This document shows, piece by piece, positions 37,796 to 51,101 of a stretch of 64,000 nt of DNA. The stretch comes from Camelus dromedarius (Eukaryota): the NCBI RefSeq assembly GCF_036321535.1, contig NC_087437.1:76758001-76822000 (forward strand), in the 5' to 3' direction. Within the stretch, counting starts at the first letter, position 1. Each line of letters starts with the position of its first letter. The position numbers and the translations under genes were made by a program. The notes under the pieces were generated by a model. That model had not been told where the DNA came from and did no database searches. It saw nothing but the letters and a program-made list of their open reading frames with translations.

Positions 37796-38269
37796 GTTTT
37801 TTAAATGCTTGTCTGTACTGTTTTTTTAATCCATAATACTAAGAGTCTTCTCCAACAATATCTTTACGGTAAGCAATAATTTCTGATAAAGATTATATAT
37901 CTGAATTTATTGAAGTAACTCTTTGTTTGGAAAAATCAAAACCCTGTAACAGAATGCAGAACGCATGGGGTGTGCTTCTCTGTTGTAGCTTTTCACACAC
38001 CCAGATAAAGCTGAGGCAGGATCAAGGTGGTAAACAGTGGGTTTCTTAGAAAGGAAGGAAGGGAGGGAGGAAGAAGAAACAGATTAGAATAGACACTTTG
38101 CAAAGGACGATATACAAAATTACACACAAAAAATGTACACTATCATTGGTAATTGTGCCAGTTATCAGTTTATTGTCACTGAGTTCCAAATAACCTTTTC
38201 AATATGTGCCCTGTGATAACAGGGTTCTTTCAAACATTTCTTCTTTAAAGTGAGCACAATATTAAGCTT

Positions 38270-38560
38270 TCCCGGTAGAGGGCGCTGGCGGAGCATCATA
38301 GGAAGAAACTTTTCCTGCAGTTTCCGGGTACTGCAAGGTGGGTGGGCAGTGTTGGGGGCGGGGGTGGGGGACGTCCAGTGGAACTCTGCCGCAGCCAGCG
38401 GCCAAGGGCGCAGGCATCCACAGACACTTGCAGTCTCAGTCAGGACTGATGATAAATTGCCCCTGGCCTTCAACAGAGACAGCAGCACCCCCAGAACTCT
38501 TGGCACAAGCAACCGGATTCCCTTTGCACCAGCGCGCCCCTCTGAGACCCAGAGGATCCT
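38270..38560. promoter_or_regulatory. GC/CpG-rich element with CTCF-like motif, GC box and G4-forming tract
   Basis: CCGGTAGAGGGCGC at 38272-38285, GGGGCGGGG at ~38355, five G-tracts at 38340-38370, and about a dozen CpGs in a CpG-poor window. Confidence 0.6.
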
Positions 38561-38904
38561 ACCCAGCAGCTGCTCTCTCTGCAGGCCCAGCATGTATGGC
38601 CTGCAACCTGGAGGATTCCTACCCCTTCTGTGGGAACCACATTCTGGTTGCTAATGATCTGCTCCCCAGCTGCACTCTAAGGGCTGCTTTGTGCTGGCCC
38701 AGTTTTGCAGGTCAGCCTTAGCCTGGAAAAACCAGGGGATTTTTTTTTTTTTTTACTATGCAGTGGGCTAACCTGTACCTTCTCTAACCACAACTTAACC
38801 TCAGCCTTGAGGAGGGGCTCCCCTTCTAAGGTGTCCTTTCCTAGGTACTCTTTCTCAGTCCTAGAGTACATACAGCATATATGCTGAAGTGTTTTGGTAG
38901 GAAG

Positions 38905-39121
38905 TATACTGGTGTCTGCCACTTATTTTGAAATGCATTCAAAATATAGATGGATTGATGGATGCACAGAGGGATGGATAGGTGAACAGATATATGATAA
39001 AGCAAATCTAGAAAAATATTTTGGAATCTTTGGTGATATGGGTACAAGTGTTCACTTAATTTGTTTTTTCAATTTTACTGTTTTTGAAAATTTTTATAAA
39101 AAAGCAATTGGAAAAAAAAAA
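38905..39121 (+). mobile_element. L1ME/L1MC-like 3' end
   Basis: 'acttattttgaaatgcattc...gatggattgatggatg...gatatatgataaagcaaat...tttgaaaatttttataa' followed by an A tail. Confidence 0.75.
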
Positions 39122-42100
39122 CTGGAGGTAGTCAAAGCCATCTTAGAGTTTGTCTCTGAAAACTGTTCAAGCCATTCCCTGGCTTGTTATGAGAGCAAAG
39201 TGCCAGTGTTGTATGTGTGTTGAGAGCTGAGGGTTTGTTTTGAGCTTGTGCAGCTTCACTCATAGTACAGGTTATTTTTCCAGTGCTTAAGACTGAGGAG
39301 AACGCCTGGCTTGAATTGACTGTTATAGCACCTCTCCTTTCTTGCGATTTATCATGGTCTGTGTAATGGCTGAGAGTGTCTTTGTTTTATGTGATGAAGG
39401 CATGTGTGCTTTTACGAAGGTGTATATTTGTATTCTGTAACCACTAAAGACTTAGCCTGACTTTAAACCACACCACCTGTAACTGATGTTTTTTGTCTAT
39501 TGGCTTTTCATTTCATCCATGTACATCTTGATTAATTTGTAATTTTTTCAGTGTAGGATCAATCTTCTATTTATTTTTCATTCTCTACCCAGAGAATATT
39601 GTACAGTGCCATAGACACAAGGGATACTTAAATGATGATGGTGTCCAATACGTAGATCTTTTAAATCTTTTTGAAATATCCAGGTAAGGCCAGGAACCTC
39701 ACCAAATAATACTTAGTTCACTCAGGGTCAGTAGTGCAAAAAAAATTATATACTTCACTCAAATACACAATCTTTGATTAAAAAAAATTGTTATTGTAGA
39801 AAGTTCCAAATAGCTTTCACATTGGGCACTGATTTTATTTTTATGCAGGAGAAAAAGCATCAACAGCTACTTAAGTCCATTTTGGACATAAGGTGCCCCG
39901 ACACTCCCATTGTATCTCCCGTAAGGATGCCAATGAAGGGAAACAAGCGTCTACTTACCAGTAAGCCTTGGATAACTAGAGATCAGATGAGATTATAGGT
40001 CTTAAGTGGTCATAGAAAGAGAAGTATATGTGGACTCATAGCCCTGAAGTAATGGTATCTTCTTAAACATATGTTTGTCTTTCAGATTGCTAGGGTAAAT
40101 GCTTAAAATAAATAAAAAATAGGAGGCATTATTATATGTGTGTATGATAGGTTCTGAATCAACTTTCCAAGTAACAGTAGTACTGTCTAACTTCTATATA
40201 AACTATCCAGGACCAAATCTAAAATGAAAAATTGCTTTGTCAATAGGTAATAACAACAATTAAATGTCACACGTTTCTTTGAAAGTCAATAGGGCATGGA
40301 TATATCAGAGTAACTCTAACTTGAAGACCCCAAAACATGCCTGAAGCATAAATCAGAAAAACACCAGGGCACTTAACCAAGAGCCATCATGTTACTGTTA
40401 CATGCAACAAGAATCCAAAAGGGTGAGGTTAGCTATCTTCAGGAAGTTTTCCAAGGAGTCAGTTCTGTACCAAGGCTTATAGATGTACCATTGAGATTAA
40501 CGAAGCTTGCTACTAGGCAACAGGAAATGACCAACACAGAAGACAATCACTGACAAAAATCCTATAATGTGTAACATGTGATGAACATATGCTGAAATGT
40601 CAGAGGTATATGAAATCTAGAAAATGATAGTGGAGGCAGCTTGGGGAAATAAAAACTTGTTAATATTTAATATTTTCCCAAATATGTTATCTAAAATATA
40701 TAAAAAGCAATAAGCAGTCTGGTCTCCAGAAACTCAAAGATATCCAATCATTTTAACTCAACTCGAATGAAATAAAATATTAATTAGGACTGCTAGCATC
40801 TTTTGCTCTCATAACATATTGACCAGAAAACAATATAATTATTAATTCGATTTTTCAGATACCATGATACTGAGGAGGTAAACTTGGTAAGAAATATGAA
40901 CATTGCAGTCCATTATAAAATTCATCTTTAGTTTCAAATTAATCAAATTTCTAGTCACAAAGAGTCTTAAGTCTGTACATTCCATGGCTATAATGTAGAA
41001 TTTACATAACCCCTGGATCAAAAAACATTAAATTTTCAGACTCGTGGAGTGTTGTAACTGAGTTATAGCTGGCATTTACACAAGTGTCTTGTGTTTATTT
41101 CTGAGCTTCCCAAGCCAATCAGTAGCACAAATACCTATTTGTTAGGTTTTATTTAATATTTATGCCAATTCTAATCATCCCCTAAAACACATATTTTCAC
41201 CTAAACCCTTTTGAGTGTGAACACACCAATATAATTTCAATTTCCTAGCAAATAAACATGTCCCTGCCAATTATTTCAAATCATTTTCTACCATTGCATA
41301 AACATTATAGTAAAATTTTTTGCTGTGAGTATAACCATAATTTTTAATTAAAAATTCTAATCATGCTAAGATAGAGTGATGGGAAAGTCTTTTCCCAAAG
41401 CCTTCTCCTCTACAATTTAAGGTTCAGTGGAGTTTGTTAATCTTTCTCTCTTGTAATTTTTAGTAGTTATGTGGCAATGAGAAGAATATGATGTCTAGTA
41501 TTTACTTTTAACATATCAATCATAAGCAAGGGTCCAGAATTGAGGAGTGTATTTTTTGGCTCTGGACTTGATCTACCTATGACATATCTGCTGGTTAGGA
41601 GGCAGTAATGCAGGCTGTGTAACCCATATTGCTTCAGGGAGCAGGTTTAGCACTCCAGAAAGCCATATTTTACCTTATTCACACCACTCACACGTGCATT
41701 CTTTATTCTGTTCATCTACTGGGAGTCTAATTTAATTTACTGAAGAGTGCATTACTCACCCAACCTTAAGGTGGACTGATTCAGCTGTAACTATTGTAAG
41801 CTAATTGTGCTGTGTTGGATTTGAAGCTGATAATGATGTGCAGTGACAGGTTTAACAAATTTTCTATTACCACATTCAATTACTTTTGGTGCATCCTACT
41901 TATCAGTGAGCCAAACACTTAATTCATTTAAGGTTTTGACAAAGAATATGGCATGAGATGATTCACTCAGGAGACTCCCAGGACAGGTCTTGCTCTCTAG
42001 ATGTTATTAAACAACTCCCTCCATGTTGCTTCGCAGGTTGATTTTAGAACCTAGCTGTGTTGTAGAAAATGTAGTGCTTATTTGCCACATATTCCTATCT

Positions 42101-43312
42101 AGAAATGGATTATCCAGCATGTCGAGATTTGTGTTAATGTATATGTCAGCAAGTTAATGTTTGTGGCTTATGAAATCGTAAGTAAAAATGAAGTTATTTT
42201 CATTTTTGATCAGTGATAATATGAGTAATTTATTATCAGTGATAGATAATATGAGTAAGTTATTCTTTGTTTTATAATTGACTCATTTATAAGTCTGTGT
42301 TTATCTATGCAATCCTATTAAAAAGAACAAGGATTTAAAAAATAAAGTGAAGATCTCCTACTTCAATTACAGTTCTGTAATTCTCCATAGATGCGGTTAA
42401 CTAACACTTAAGAAAATTTATGTAGAAAATTTCACTTTTTGAGTCAATAGAAAACAAAAGAATATTTAGTAAAAGATCATTTTAAGGTATATCTATAGAA
42501 GAAGAAAAGTTCATCTTATTCTTATAAACCTAAAGGTTGATGAGAATCCAGAAAAAGATTCTTAAGATAGAAAAACAAAAACAAAAACAGTGGATGGTGA
42601 CAGTTTGTTTGAAACAAATTAACCCATATATCAAATAGAGGCTCATTATCCCTTACAAAACAAGGTACAAATATATCTGCACTGGTTAGGGTCTCTTCTT
42701 TCTTTTAACCTTATCAAGAAAGAATTATTTGAATAATACTGACATTCATTATTGTGTTTATTTTGGTTTTTATATTTCTGAATAATTAAATGTGTTGAAA
42801 GGGCCACCTGTCAGGTTTTGTGTGGGACACCTTGTTCATTATTGTGTGTGTGTATATATATATATATATCTCCAGCATGATAGTAATTGAAAGTGATACA
42901 GAATAGGTCTAGAAGTCTCTTTGTATACATATTTCATAAAAGGTAATTTTAAAATCAACCCTACTTTGGCCAGAGTGTAATGATTTATAAGTTACTTTAA
43001 AATATTGGTACTTTCTGGAGGAATAGGTAACCAATATTGTAATTAGTGATACAATGTTTTGGTCACAATTAGTGATGCATATTTTACTAGGTTGTTTATT
43101 AGTCTGTTATAAGGTTGTCCTTCAAAGGTCTTCCCACAACCACAACCCCAACCCATACTTCAAAACTGCTTATTTGTAAGATTGATGCATTTGTATTCTA
43201 GGGAAAGTATGATTTAAAACTAATGTTATTCTCTAGAGATTTGTGATTTAATGTTGCAATTTAAGATCTAGTTCTGAGCCAGACCTTTGGGATCATTCTT
43301 TACAGTGGGTGC

Positions 43313-43642
43313 TGTTGTGATTGCCCCTGTTCCCTCATCTCAGTGCATCACCTCTAGCTGCTGTACCTGTTGACTTTTAAAGCTCACATGTGCCCTCTTT
43401 GGACTGACATAGGTTAGCTGACACCCCCATACCTCAAGGTGAGCCCAGTTCATGCTCTCTAACTCCACATGGAATTGGGCTGAAACTTGTGTCTAGGACA
43501 GACCACACCTTTGCTTAGCTTTTTCCCTCCTGCCCTACGCTGCTTGCGTCACTTCCCTTCTCCTGAGAGCACACCTCCAGTAAATCACTTTCACAAGAAT
43601 TTTTGTTTTATTCTGTGCTTCTAAGGAACCCAACCTGGGACA
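43313..43642 (+). mobile_element. LTR16-like ERVL LTR
   Basis: 'ctcctgagagcacacctccagtaaatcactttcacaagaat...tgcttctaaggaacccaacctgggaca'. Confidence 0.7.
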
Positions 43643-43999
43643 CTTCAGGTAAGATCTACAGTTTAACTAAGAGTTAGTCATTCAGATGAACTTCATGATG
43701 TTCATCATATGTATCTGGTGGTTTAAGTAGTGGTGACTTATTATGTATTTGGCAGTAGGAACAAATAGAGTATTTTGGACATCATTCTTCATAGTCCTCT
43801 GGGACCCATATTCTGTGAGTGTTATTAAAATTTTTCCTTGATATGAGCATGAAAATGTGTCCAAAATGTTATGTGTATACGTTTTAAATGATGATTTGAG
43901 GAACTCTCTCATTTAAGCCATTCTTGACCAGTGGAGGCTACAGACAATACTAAAGAGAATAATTAGAGTCCCTTTAGGAAACAAAGCCCAAGGGAAATG

Positions 44000-44809
44000 T
44001 GTGATTCGACTATAATCCTTCGTCAGTTATCTGCAAAGGGTTAGTTCCAGGAAGCCCCCGTGAATATCAAAATCCACAGATGCTCAAGTCCCATATAAAA
44101 TGATGTAGTACAACGAATGCAGTGGGCCCTCTGTGTTCTGGGTTCTAATAGTACTGTTCCATCTGAGGTTGGCTGAATTTGGGGTGCGGTACCTGTGGAT
44201 AGAATCCAGGTAGGATTGTAATTGTATTCCCTGGAAGGAATCACAGCCCCTTGAATGCAGGTGATAACTGTGAATGTAATGGGGTATCATTCACATAATT
44301 AAGTTACTATGCCTGGCAAAGGGAAAGTATTTAGCAGGTGTAAGGTCCCTAATTGGCTGGCTCTAAGTTAATCAAAAGGAGATTATCAGGGGAGGGTCTG
44401 ACCTAATGAGATGAGCTCTTTTAAAAAGAATTTAGAAGTTTGGAATGGAAGAAGTCAGCGAGGGAGAAGCAGCAGCAGATGCACTCCTGTTTGCTTTGAA
44501 GAAACAAATCAGTGCATCGTGACATCCTGGAAGGGCCACGTGTCAGGGAATGGGAACAGCCCCTTACTGCTGAGGGCCTCAGTCTCCCGACCACAGGAAC
44601 TGAATTCTACCAACACCAGGTGAACTTGGAAGAAAATCTTGAGACCCAGATGAGATTGCGGCCCCAGCTAGTACCTTGACTTCCTCTGGGGAGACCCTTA
44701 GAAGAGGACTCGGTTCACCTGAGTCCACATGGAACCCATGAGATAATAGACTTGAGTTAGGCCACTAAGTTTGTGGTGGTTCATTACACAGCAATAAAAA
44801 ACTAACACA
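44000..44809 (+). mobile_element. MLT1E-like MaLR LTR, interrupted near its 5' end by a MER2-like element
   Basis: 'taagttaatcaaaagggagattatc', 'ggaactgaattctaccaac' and the end 'gccactaagtttgtgg...cagcaataaaaaactaacaca'. Confidence 0.85.
44013..44218 (+). mobile_element. MER2-like Tigger-family MITE, internally deleted
   Basis: 'gttccaggaagcccccgtgaatatcaaaatccacagatgctcaagtccc', with TA dinucleotides on both flanks. Confidence 0.8.
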
Positions 44810-45058
44810 ATAGCTGATGTTTATTTAACTCATTTAATGTATCAGGACATCTATGTAATGTCCATTTCTGTGCAATGGATATTACATAGGTAGCTTTATT
44901 TAATACAACAGGCCTATGAAGCAGGATTGTATTTTTTAAATTTTACAGATGAGAAAATTAAGCCTTAGAGAGGTCAAAACACTCGGCGCAGGTCACAGAG
45001 CTGGTTGGTGAAGGAACTGGGATTTGAACTTGAGCTTTAATCACTTTGCTAGACTATG
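44810..45058 (-). mobile_element. MIR
   Basis: 'ttttacagatgagaaaattaagccttagagaggt...ggtcacagagctgg...ctgggatttgaac'. Confidence 0.85.
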
Positions 45059-46299
45059 TTTTTTAAACTGAAACATTCCACAGATAATGCAAGTTAATTT
45101 TGTCCTGATTACCATCTTTTCAACTATTGTCTGTATCTTGTGCATCTCTAACAAAATGTGATAAATACTATAGAATAAGCAGCCTTTAATGAAAGCCATT
45201 TTTTTCTGATGGTTTCCTGTAAAGACCTTTTTAAGAATACTTCACCAATTATAAAAGAAAGTCTTCTGAAAATAAATCCTTTTTAAAAAGTTACTTAATT
45301 GCTACTTTACCAAGAAGAAGAGCAATCTATTTCCATCTATCAGGTAGTAATGAGAAGTCATTATCTTGCACTCTTCTTTAATTAACATCAATCCTGATTA
45401 GTCAGAATAAATTAGGCTCTTTGTCTTTTTCCATAGTTGTGATTCTTCTGGTACAGGAGCCATTCAATTATGTGTTATCATGTGTTATCCCTTACAAAAG
45501 ACGTCAGTATAATTATATTGCTGTATTTCAGATTTTACTTTTAAACATATTTCAATGTTAAAATACAAGTTTTTTGTTTCTTTTTTCAACTTAAAATATG
45601 GGGAAGTAATGTACTATAAATTTTTTTCATATTAGAAACAAAATACACAAAGTTTATTAAGGCTCAGGGATTTTAATAGCATTATTCATAATAATATACA
45701 TGGAACACAATAGTAAAAACATGAGCGTTATTAACTGTTACTACAAATTAGGGGGGAAGGTTATACTGAAGGACAAAATTATTCTGACTGGAATATGGAA
45801 TAGATTTTGAAAATTCAAACTGACAGTTTCGCATATCTACATGGAAACTGTGGCCATCATTTAAAACATTATTTTCCACTTTTTTCAGCGTTTTATGTAT
45901 GCATTGATTTAGCCAGTTTTGTTTACTCTGTGATTAAAATGATCCACCCCAACTGTGATCACTAAAAACTAGATGATGTAAATATAACTTTATTTTATTT
46001 ATTTTTTGATGGGATGGAAATGGGTATACATGTCCTGCATTACTTAAATAATTGACACTAGAATGAAATAACTATTGGCCGCCACCCAGCTAAAGTAGCA
46101 CGAGGACAAGTATCATGCCCCTCCAGCCTTGTCGTGGAAATACTATTTCCTGGTTTAGGAAGCTACCAATTTGAACTGATTAGCTAGCTAGTCTACCAGT
46201 TTGAACAAAAATCAAATTGTTCCATATCTAACCTTGGATTGAAGAGAACACTTTATTCTCTAGGCGTATCTAGAAAACCCTTTTAAGTTCAGAACTCCT

Positions 46300-46460
46300 G
46301 GAGCAGGGGAATTCCACGCAGCAGGGTAAAAACAACGCTGATGTGCTGCCCCGGCAGCATTTATAAATCACACTTCTTAGTGTGGCTGCAGTTTTTTTCC
46401 TGCACTTCCTTTGCTGTCACAGTCTCATCAGTTCATCGTCTCTACAGTGACTCACCAACC
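46300..46460. promoter_or_regulatory. Putative inducible enhancer/promoter (NF-kB, TATA-like, ETS, AP-1)
   Basis: GGGGAATTCC 46306-46315, TTATAAAT 46361-46368, CACTTCCT 46403-46410 and TGACTCA 46448-46454, in apparently unique sequence. Confidence 0.5.
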
Positions 46461-47834
46461 AAAGCCTCTAATCTTCTTCTTTTTTTTTTTAGCTACAGAA
46501 ATAAACCTGAAATTATTTTTTTCTCTACGGATTTTAGGCTGTGCTCTTTTCTATGGCATTTATTTGGTATTTTTAAGGTTAACCGATCATGTTTGAAACA
46601 TAAATGAAAACAAACAGTCTTCATCTCTGGAGCTAGCAATGTTACAGATCATAGACTTTGTCTAGGAGAAAACAGGTTCTTTATTTGCAACTAAAATGAT
46701 TTTTATTGGAATCATTTGCTTTGTTTCCATGATTTAACATGGCCATCTGGCAAAGAAACTTAACTGGGTCTAGCAACATTGTTAAAGATAAAGCAATCTT
46801 AAATATTATCTTTTCTGCTCTAATAAAGGTGCTTTAGAAATAAAATCAAGAAGGGGAAGGGAAGAATACCTTTATGGATTTTGCATTCTTTTACTAATAA
46901 TTTGTTAATTCTTCTATTAACATAGAGAAGAAAATAGAGCCATTGTAGAAATTTGAATGTCAGGGGTAAAACAGGCCATGTATTAAAAACAAGACTTACA
47001 ATACAATATAAATTTTGAGTCACTGTCTTACTATCTTTGATAAGCAATTCAGTATAATACCATTTGAAGTTTAGAAATTCAATTCTTTTAAATAAAACCA
47101 GGGTTTATTGAACACATGCTTTGTACTTTGTGAACTAAGTGACTACAGTTCAAATGGGCAAAATAAGTTACTTATGACACATATTTAAAATTTTTCAGGA
47201 TATTTTTGGAAGTAATCACAGGAGACCCAAGAGAAAATTCTACTTCTTTATGTAATAGTTTCTAAACAAATGAGCTTACTTCCTTCCTGCAAGCCTGTGA
47301 GGTGCCCCTGGGCCCAGCACAGGGTCTCACTCAGCATTCAGTCCATATTTGCTCAGTTGAAACAAGCTTATTTAAAAGGACAGGGATTTATTTTTCACAG
47401 TCTTATATTAACCCTGGCCCCTAATACAACACCTGAAACATTAATAATAAATGCAGACAATATTTGTTTCCAGGTAAATAAATTTGGCTGTGTCTTCTGA
47501 ATTCCATTTTAACTTTGAGCATAATACATTATTTTTCAGCCTGATTTTGAGCCTTCCTAAAATTGCAAGATGTGTTAAAAAAATATATGTCCAGGTGGCA
47601 AGAATTAGAAAATGTGTTAATCTTAGAAAGGAGACTGCTAATGAAGAAATCTTTATAAGCTCATAAATCAGTGCTCTATAAAAGTGTTGTCTGAATGCCA
47701 TCTGCATAGAAATCGCTTGCGTTACTGGCCCATGCTGGTGCTGTTACTCACAGTATCTAGGGGTAGGGCTTGAACAGCCAAGTTCTTCTGAGCTGACCAG
47801 GTGAAAGTTTCTGAGGTGACCAGCAGAGCCCTGA

Positions 47835-48015
47835 GGCTTTGCTACTCAAGGTATGGTTTGCAGATAAGCAGCATTTACAGCACCTGACAGCTCATAGCAA
47901 CTGTATGTTTCAGGCCCTCCTCCAGAACTGCTGCCTCAGAATCTGAATTTTAACGAGGTCCCAGGGGATTTAAATATATTCGAGAATTTGGGAATCTGAA
48001 GTTTCAGAATCACCA
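47835..48015 (+). mobile_element. MER5A-like hAT-Charlie MITE
   Basis: 'ctactcaaggtatgg...agcagcat...caggccctcctccagaactgctgcctcagaatctgaattttaacgaggtcccagggg'. Confidence 0.72.
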
Positions 48016-48149
48016 ATACCATCTTACATTTATAAATTGACTCCCATGCCCAAGGATCCATTTAGCAGTTTCTACTATCAGAACACACTCTCATTCTATT
48101 TCCTGCTGTAACTAGCAGAAAAAAAATTACCCATTTTTTCAGCCCTCCT

Positions 48150-48290
48150 CCCATGAGCATATGAGATGATGATATCGTTGTCTTTCTCCCTGGGCAGTGG
48201 GTTCCAAGTGTTGTCCAACAGTATCTTGTGTTTTACCTCCAAAATCTAATGCTTACACAAAAGAAGTACTTAATAAATGTTGAATGAGTA
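48150..48290 (+). mobile_element. L2 3' tip
   Basis: 'gtacttaataaatgttgaatgagt'. Confidence 0.5.
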
Positions 48291-48926
48291 CATGGAAACT
48301 GCCATTTACTCAGATTGAGGGAGGTACGTACTTCAAAAGAGAAAGAAAAGAAAGACTGTTTTTATTAAGTTAATGACTGCAATTCTGATTTTTACCTTAT
48401 TCCCTGTTGATGCATAAATTGGTTCTAATGGGAAAGTTACAACTATTTTTGTGAACTTCATGATAAAATGGACTAACTGCATCAGTAACCGTCAAGTTTT
48501 CCAGGCTCAGATTCACAAATTTGCTGCAGCTGGTTTCCCACCTCCCCTTACAGAGTTAACTCACCATTACATTTAGCCAGTTCTTGCTTTTGTGTGCCTC
48601 TCATATCACCGCGCCCAGCCCCTCAATACAATAGCCATAAATCTAATGTCCTAGTAGTTATGAATGTGGGAGAGGGAGAGCCCAGAGTGGTAAGTGGCCA
48701 CGGCTGGGAGAAGCAGGGCATCGACAAGACTCTGCTGTTTAGTAGCCTTTTCTCATTTTCAGCCTCAAGGCCATGTTCCAGGTAACGGTACCAGAAATCT
48801 GAGCTTTGGATCATTTATGTATATTGTTTTGCAACTGTGTCTATCAATCAATCTTTCTAATGCTCTTATTTATAGTCTTACATATATACAACCCCCGATA
48901 AACTATGCCTTTCTAAAGATCAAATA

Positions 48927-49511
48927 TAGTCAGTTCTCATTATTCACGACAGCTAAACATTCTGTAGAGTCACCTCATTGAATTAGGGGATACTGAACAA
49001 TTACTCAAGGGGAAGTGCAGGATTAGTTTCCTGGGAATCTTTGTTCACAACATTTTCATCAACCCATCAATATATAACCTTGTTTTATGCTTATAAATTC
49101 CTTATTTAATATATGCTGTTGATTCATTAAAATTGATTTCAAGGCCACATTATAGCTCCCACTTGAATGAAGCTCACCCAACATAGGTGCTTTCTCCATA
49201 AGGCACAACATAGTCTTCTTGCATTAGGAACCATGTACAGCACTTCACACTCTGCTTGGGGGCCGTCATAAACAGCAAAATCACCAACAAAAAGCATACA
49301 AATGTGAAAAACATGGCACTACATAGACCTTCAAAAGGATATTTGATTACACTGAGAGACCTGAAATAATAAGACAGAGGGTTATTCCTTCAGCTGGGAA
49401 TGTGCATATCAGGCGGCTCAAATTTTTCATTCCTTTGTGTATGTCCAGGAATAAATTTCAGCAAGTAGGCCAATATAAAATACAGAGTTTGCAAATAACA
49501 TGGATCAGCTA
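48927..49511 (+). mobile_element. MER82 (Tigger-family non-autonomous DNA transposon)
   Basis: Degenerate TIRs flanked by TA. 'cacaacattttcatcaacccatcaatatataaccttgttttatg' and 'aaatcaccaacaaaaagcatacaaatgtgaaaaacatggcac' match the recalled MER82 consensus. Confidence 0.88.
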
Positions 49512-51101
49512 TACCACATTTTGCGTGTTCAGGAACTTTCCTTACTGTTAAATACATCTATGGAGAGATACGTATTGGATTAATGAAGTAAGTCTATCTT
49601 TTTCATGGATGGAAAAGTCTTTAAAATAAGCCTGTGATTGACAGGTTAGGATTCAACGATGCAAGTTTGTATATATAAATATAAAGCATTGTGTAAATAC
49701 ACAAAACATACCAAGTCATGCTCAAATAAATATAACTAAAATTTGTTGGACCCTAAATTTGTGCTAAGATTCTTCTGAGAACTTCAAACATACAGTCTCC
49801 TTCATGGAGGCTTAGGGTGATGAAGTCCTGTATTCAAATTCATAACTCTAGTAAGTGTCATTTATTTTCTCAGCTGAAATGAATTAAATTGTATTGTTTC
49901 TTTGTTTAAAATAACTACTGACCTTATTTACTGAGATATTAGCATATATTGGTGATAATAAGAACACTGGTTAAATATATATATGAGAGAGAGTTTTATA
50001 AAGCCATGTTATTCAATCCCTGGTTTCTATATCTGACTTCATTATATTTTCATGTACTATAGAATCCGTACCTGCTCTGTGTTTTCTGACATATAAATTA
50101 ATATATGTCTATATTTCTGTATATGCGCAAGTTCTGGATTTAATAATATTTACATGTTTTTTCTAGCACATAAAGACTAAAGTACTTTTTGTGTCTTTGA
50201 ACAATTGCTTAACTGGTATAGATAATAATGAGGTTTATAATTGTAGTCATTGTCTTTCCTGTAATTGTACTTTCACAAATTAGCCTTCAGACCAAATCTA
50301 GTTGTTTGAAGCATACTCCTCCCCTTTTATCTTTCCCAATTCTCCTTCTTCCCTTCCTCCTTCACCCCCCTTCCCCTATTTCCCTGTCCCTGTCCTTCTC
50401 TCTCTCTCTCTACACACACACACACGTATTTAGATTTGACTTTTCAAATTTGAGTCTTTGAATTAGGAATCCTGTTTACAGCATATCAGTGAGATACTGT
50501 GATCCTCTTATTTAAGCCTGTTATGGTCACTTGTCTGCCTCACTGAGCTATAATAAAATAAAATATGACAGGGTTCAGCATTATCAGAACTCTTGGTTTT
50601 GGTGAAGTCCAAAACAGGAACTTCAGAAAAGTTTGAGGTCAGGATAAACACGTAGAGTAGATGTGAACAGAGAAGCAGATCAGTAACTGATATGAAAATC
50701 AGTTATTTGTCTTATTTCCATGCTCCATGTGGAGTCCTCTTACTTCTATGCCCATAGAGTCTTAATTTTCTCTGGCATCTGCCATCATGTTTCACTGTAT
50801 CATGCTAATTCACCCTGCTATAAAAGTTACAAAATGCAGGAAGCTTACATAAGTCTGGAAAGTGCTACTCATCACATTTTTCAATGAAACACAATATATT
50901 TTTTGCTCTATTTCCAGTATTGTTATCATGCAAATCAAATTTATGTGAAATATTATTGCATCAAAATGGTGTAATGTGCATTTCTTGCATGGTACTAAAT
51001 TTATCATTAAGAAACTAAGACAAGTGAGGTAACAGTAGTCTGTAATCCCAACTTGCTAAACAATCTCTGTCATTGTACTTTTGTGAGTTAAAAGTTGTGC
51101 T

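Noticed and set aside
38165..38721. Three overlapping 127-142 aa ORFs
   Set aside because: Explained by high local GC and few stop codons. No recognisable protein.
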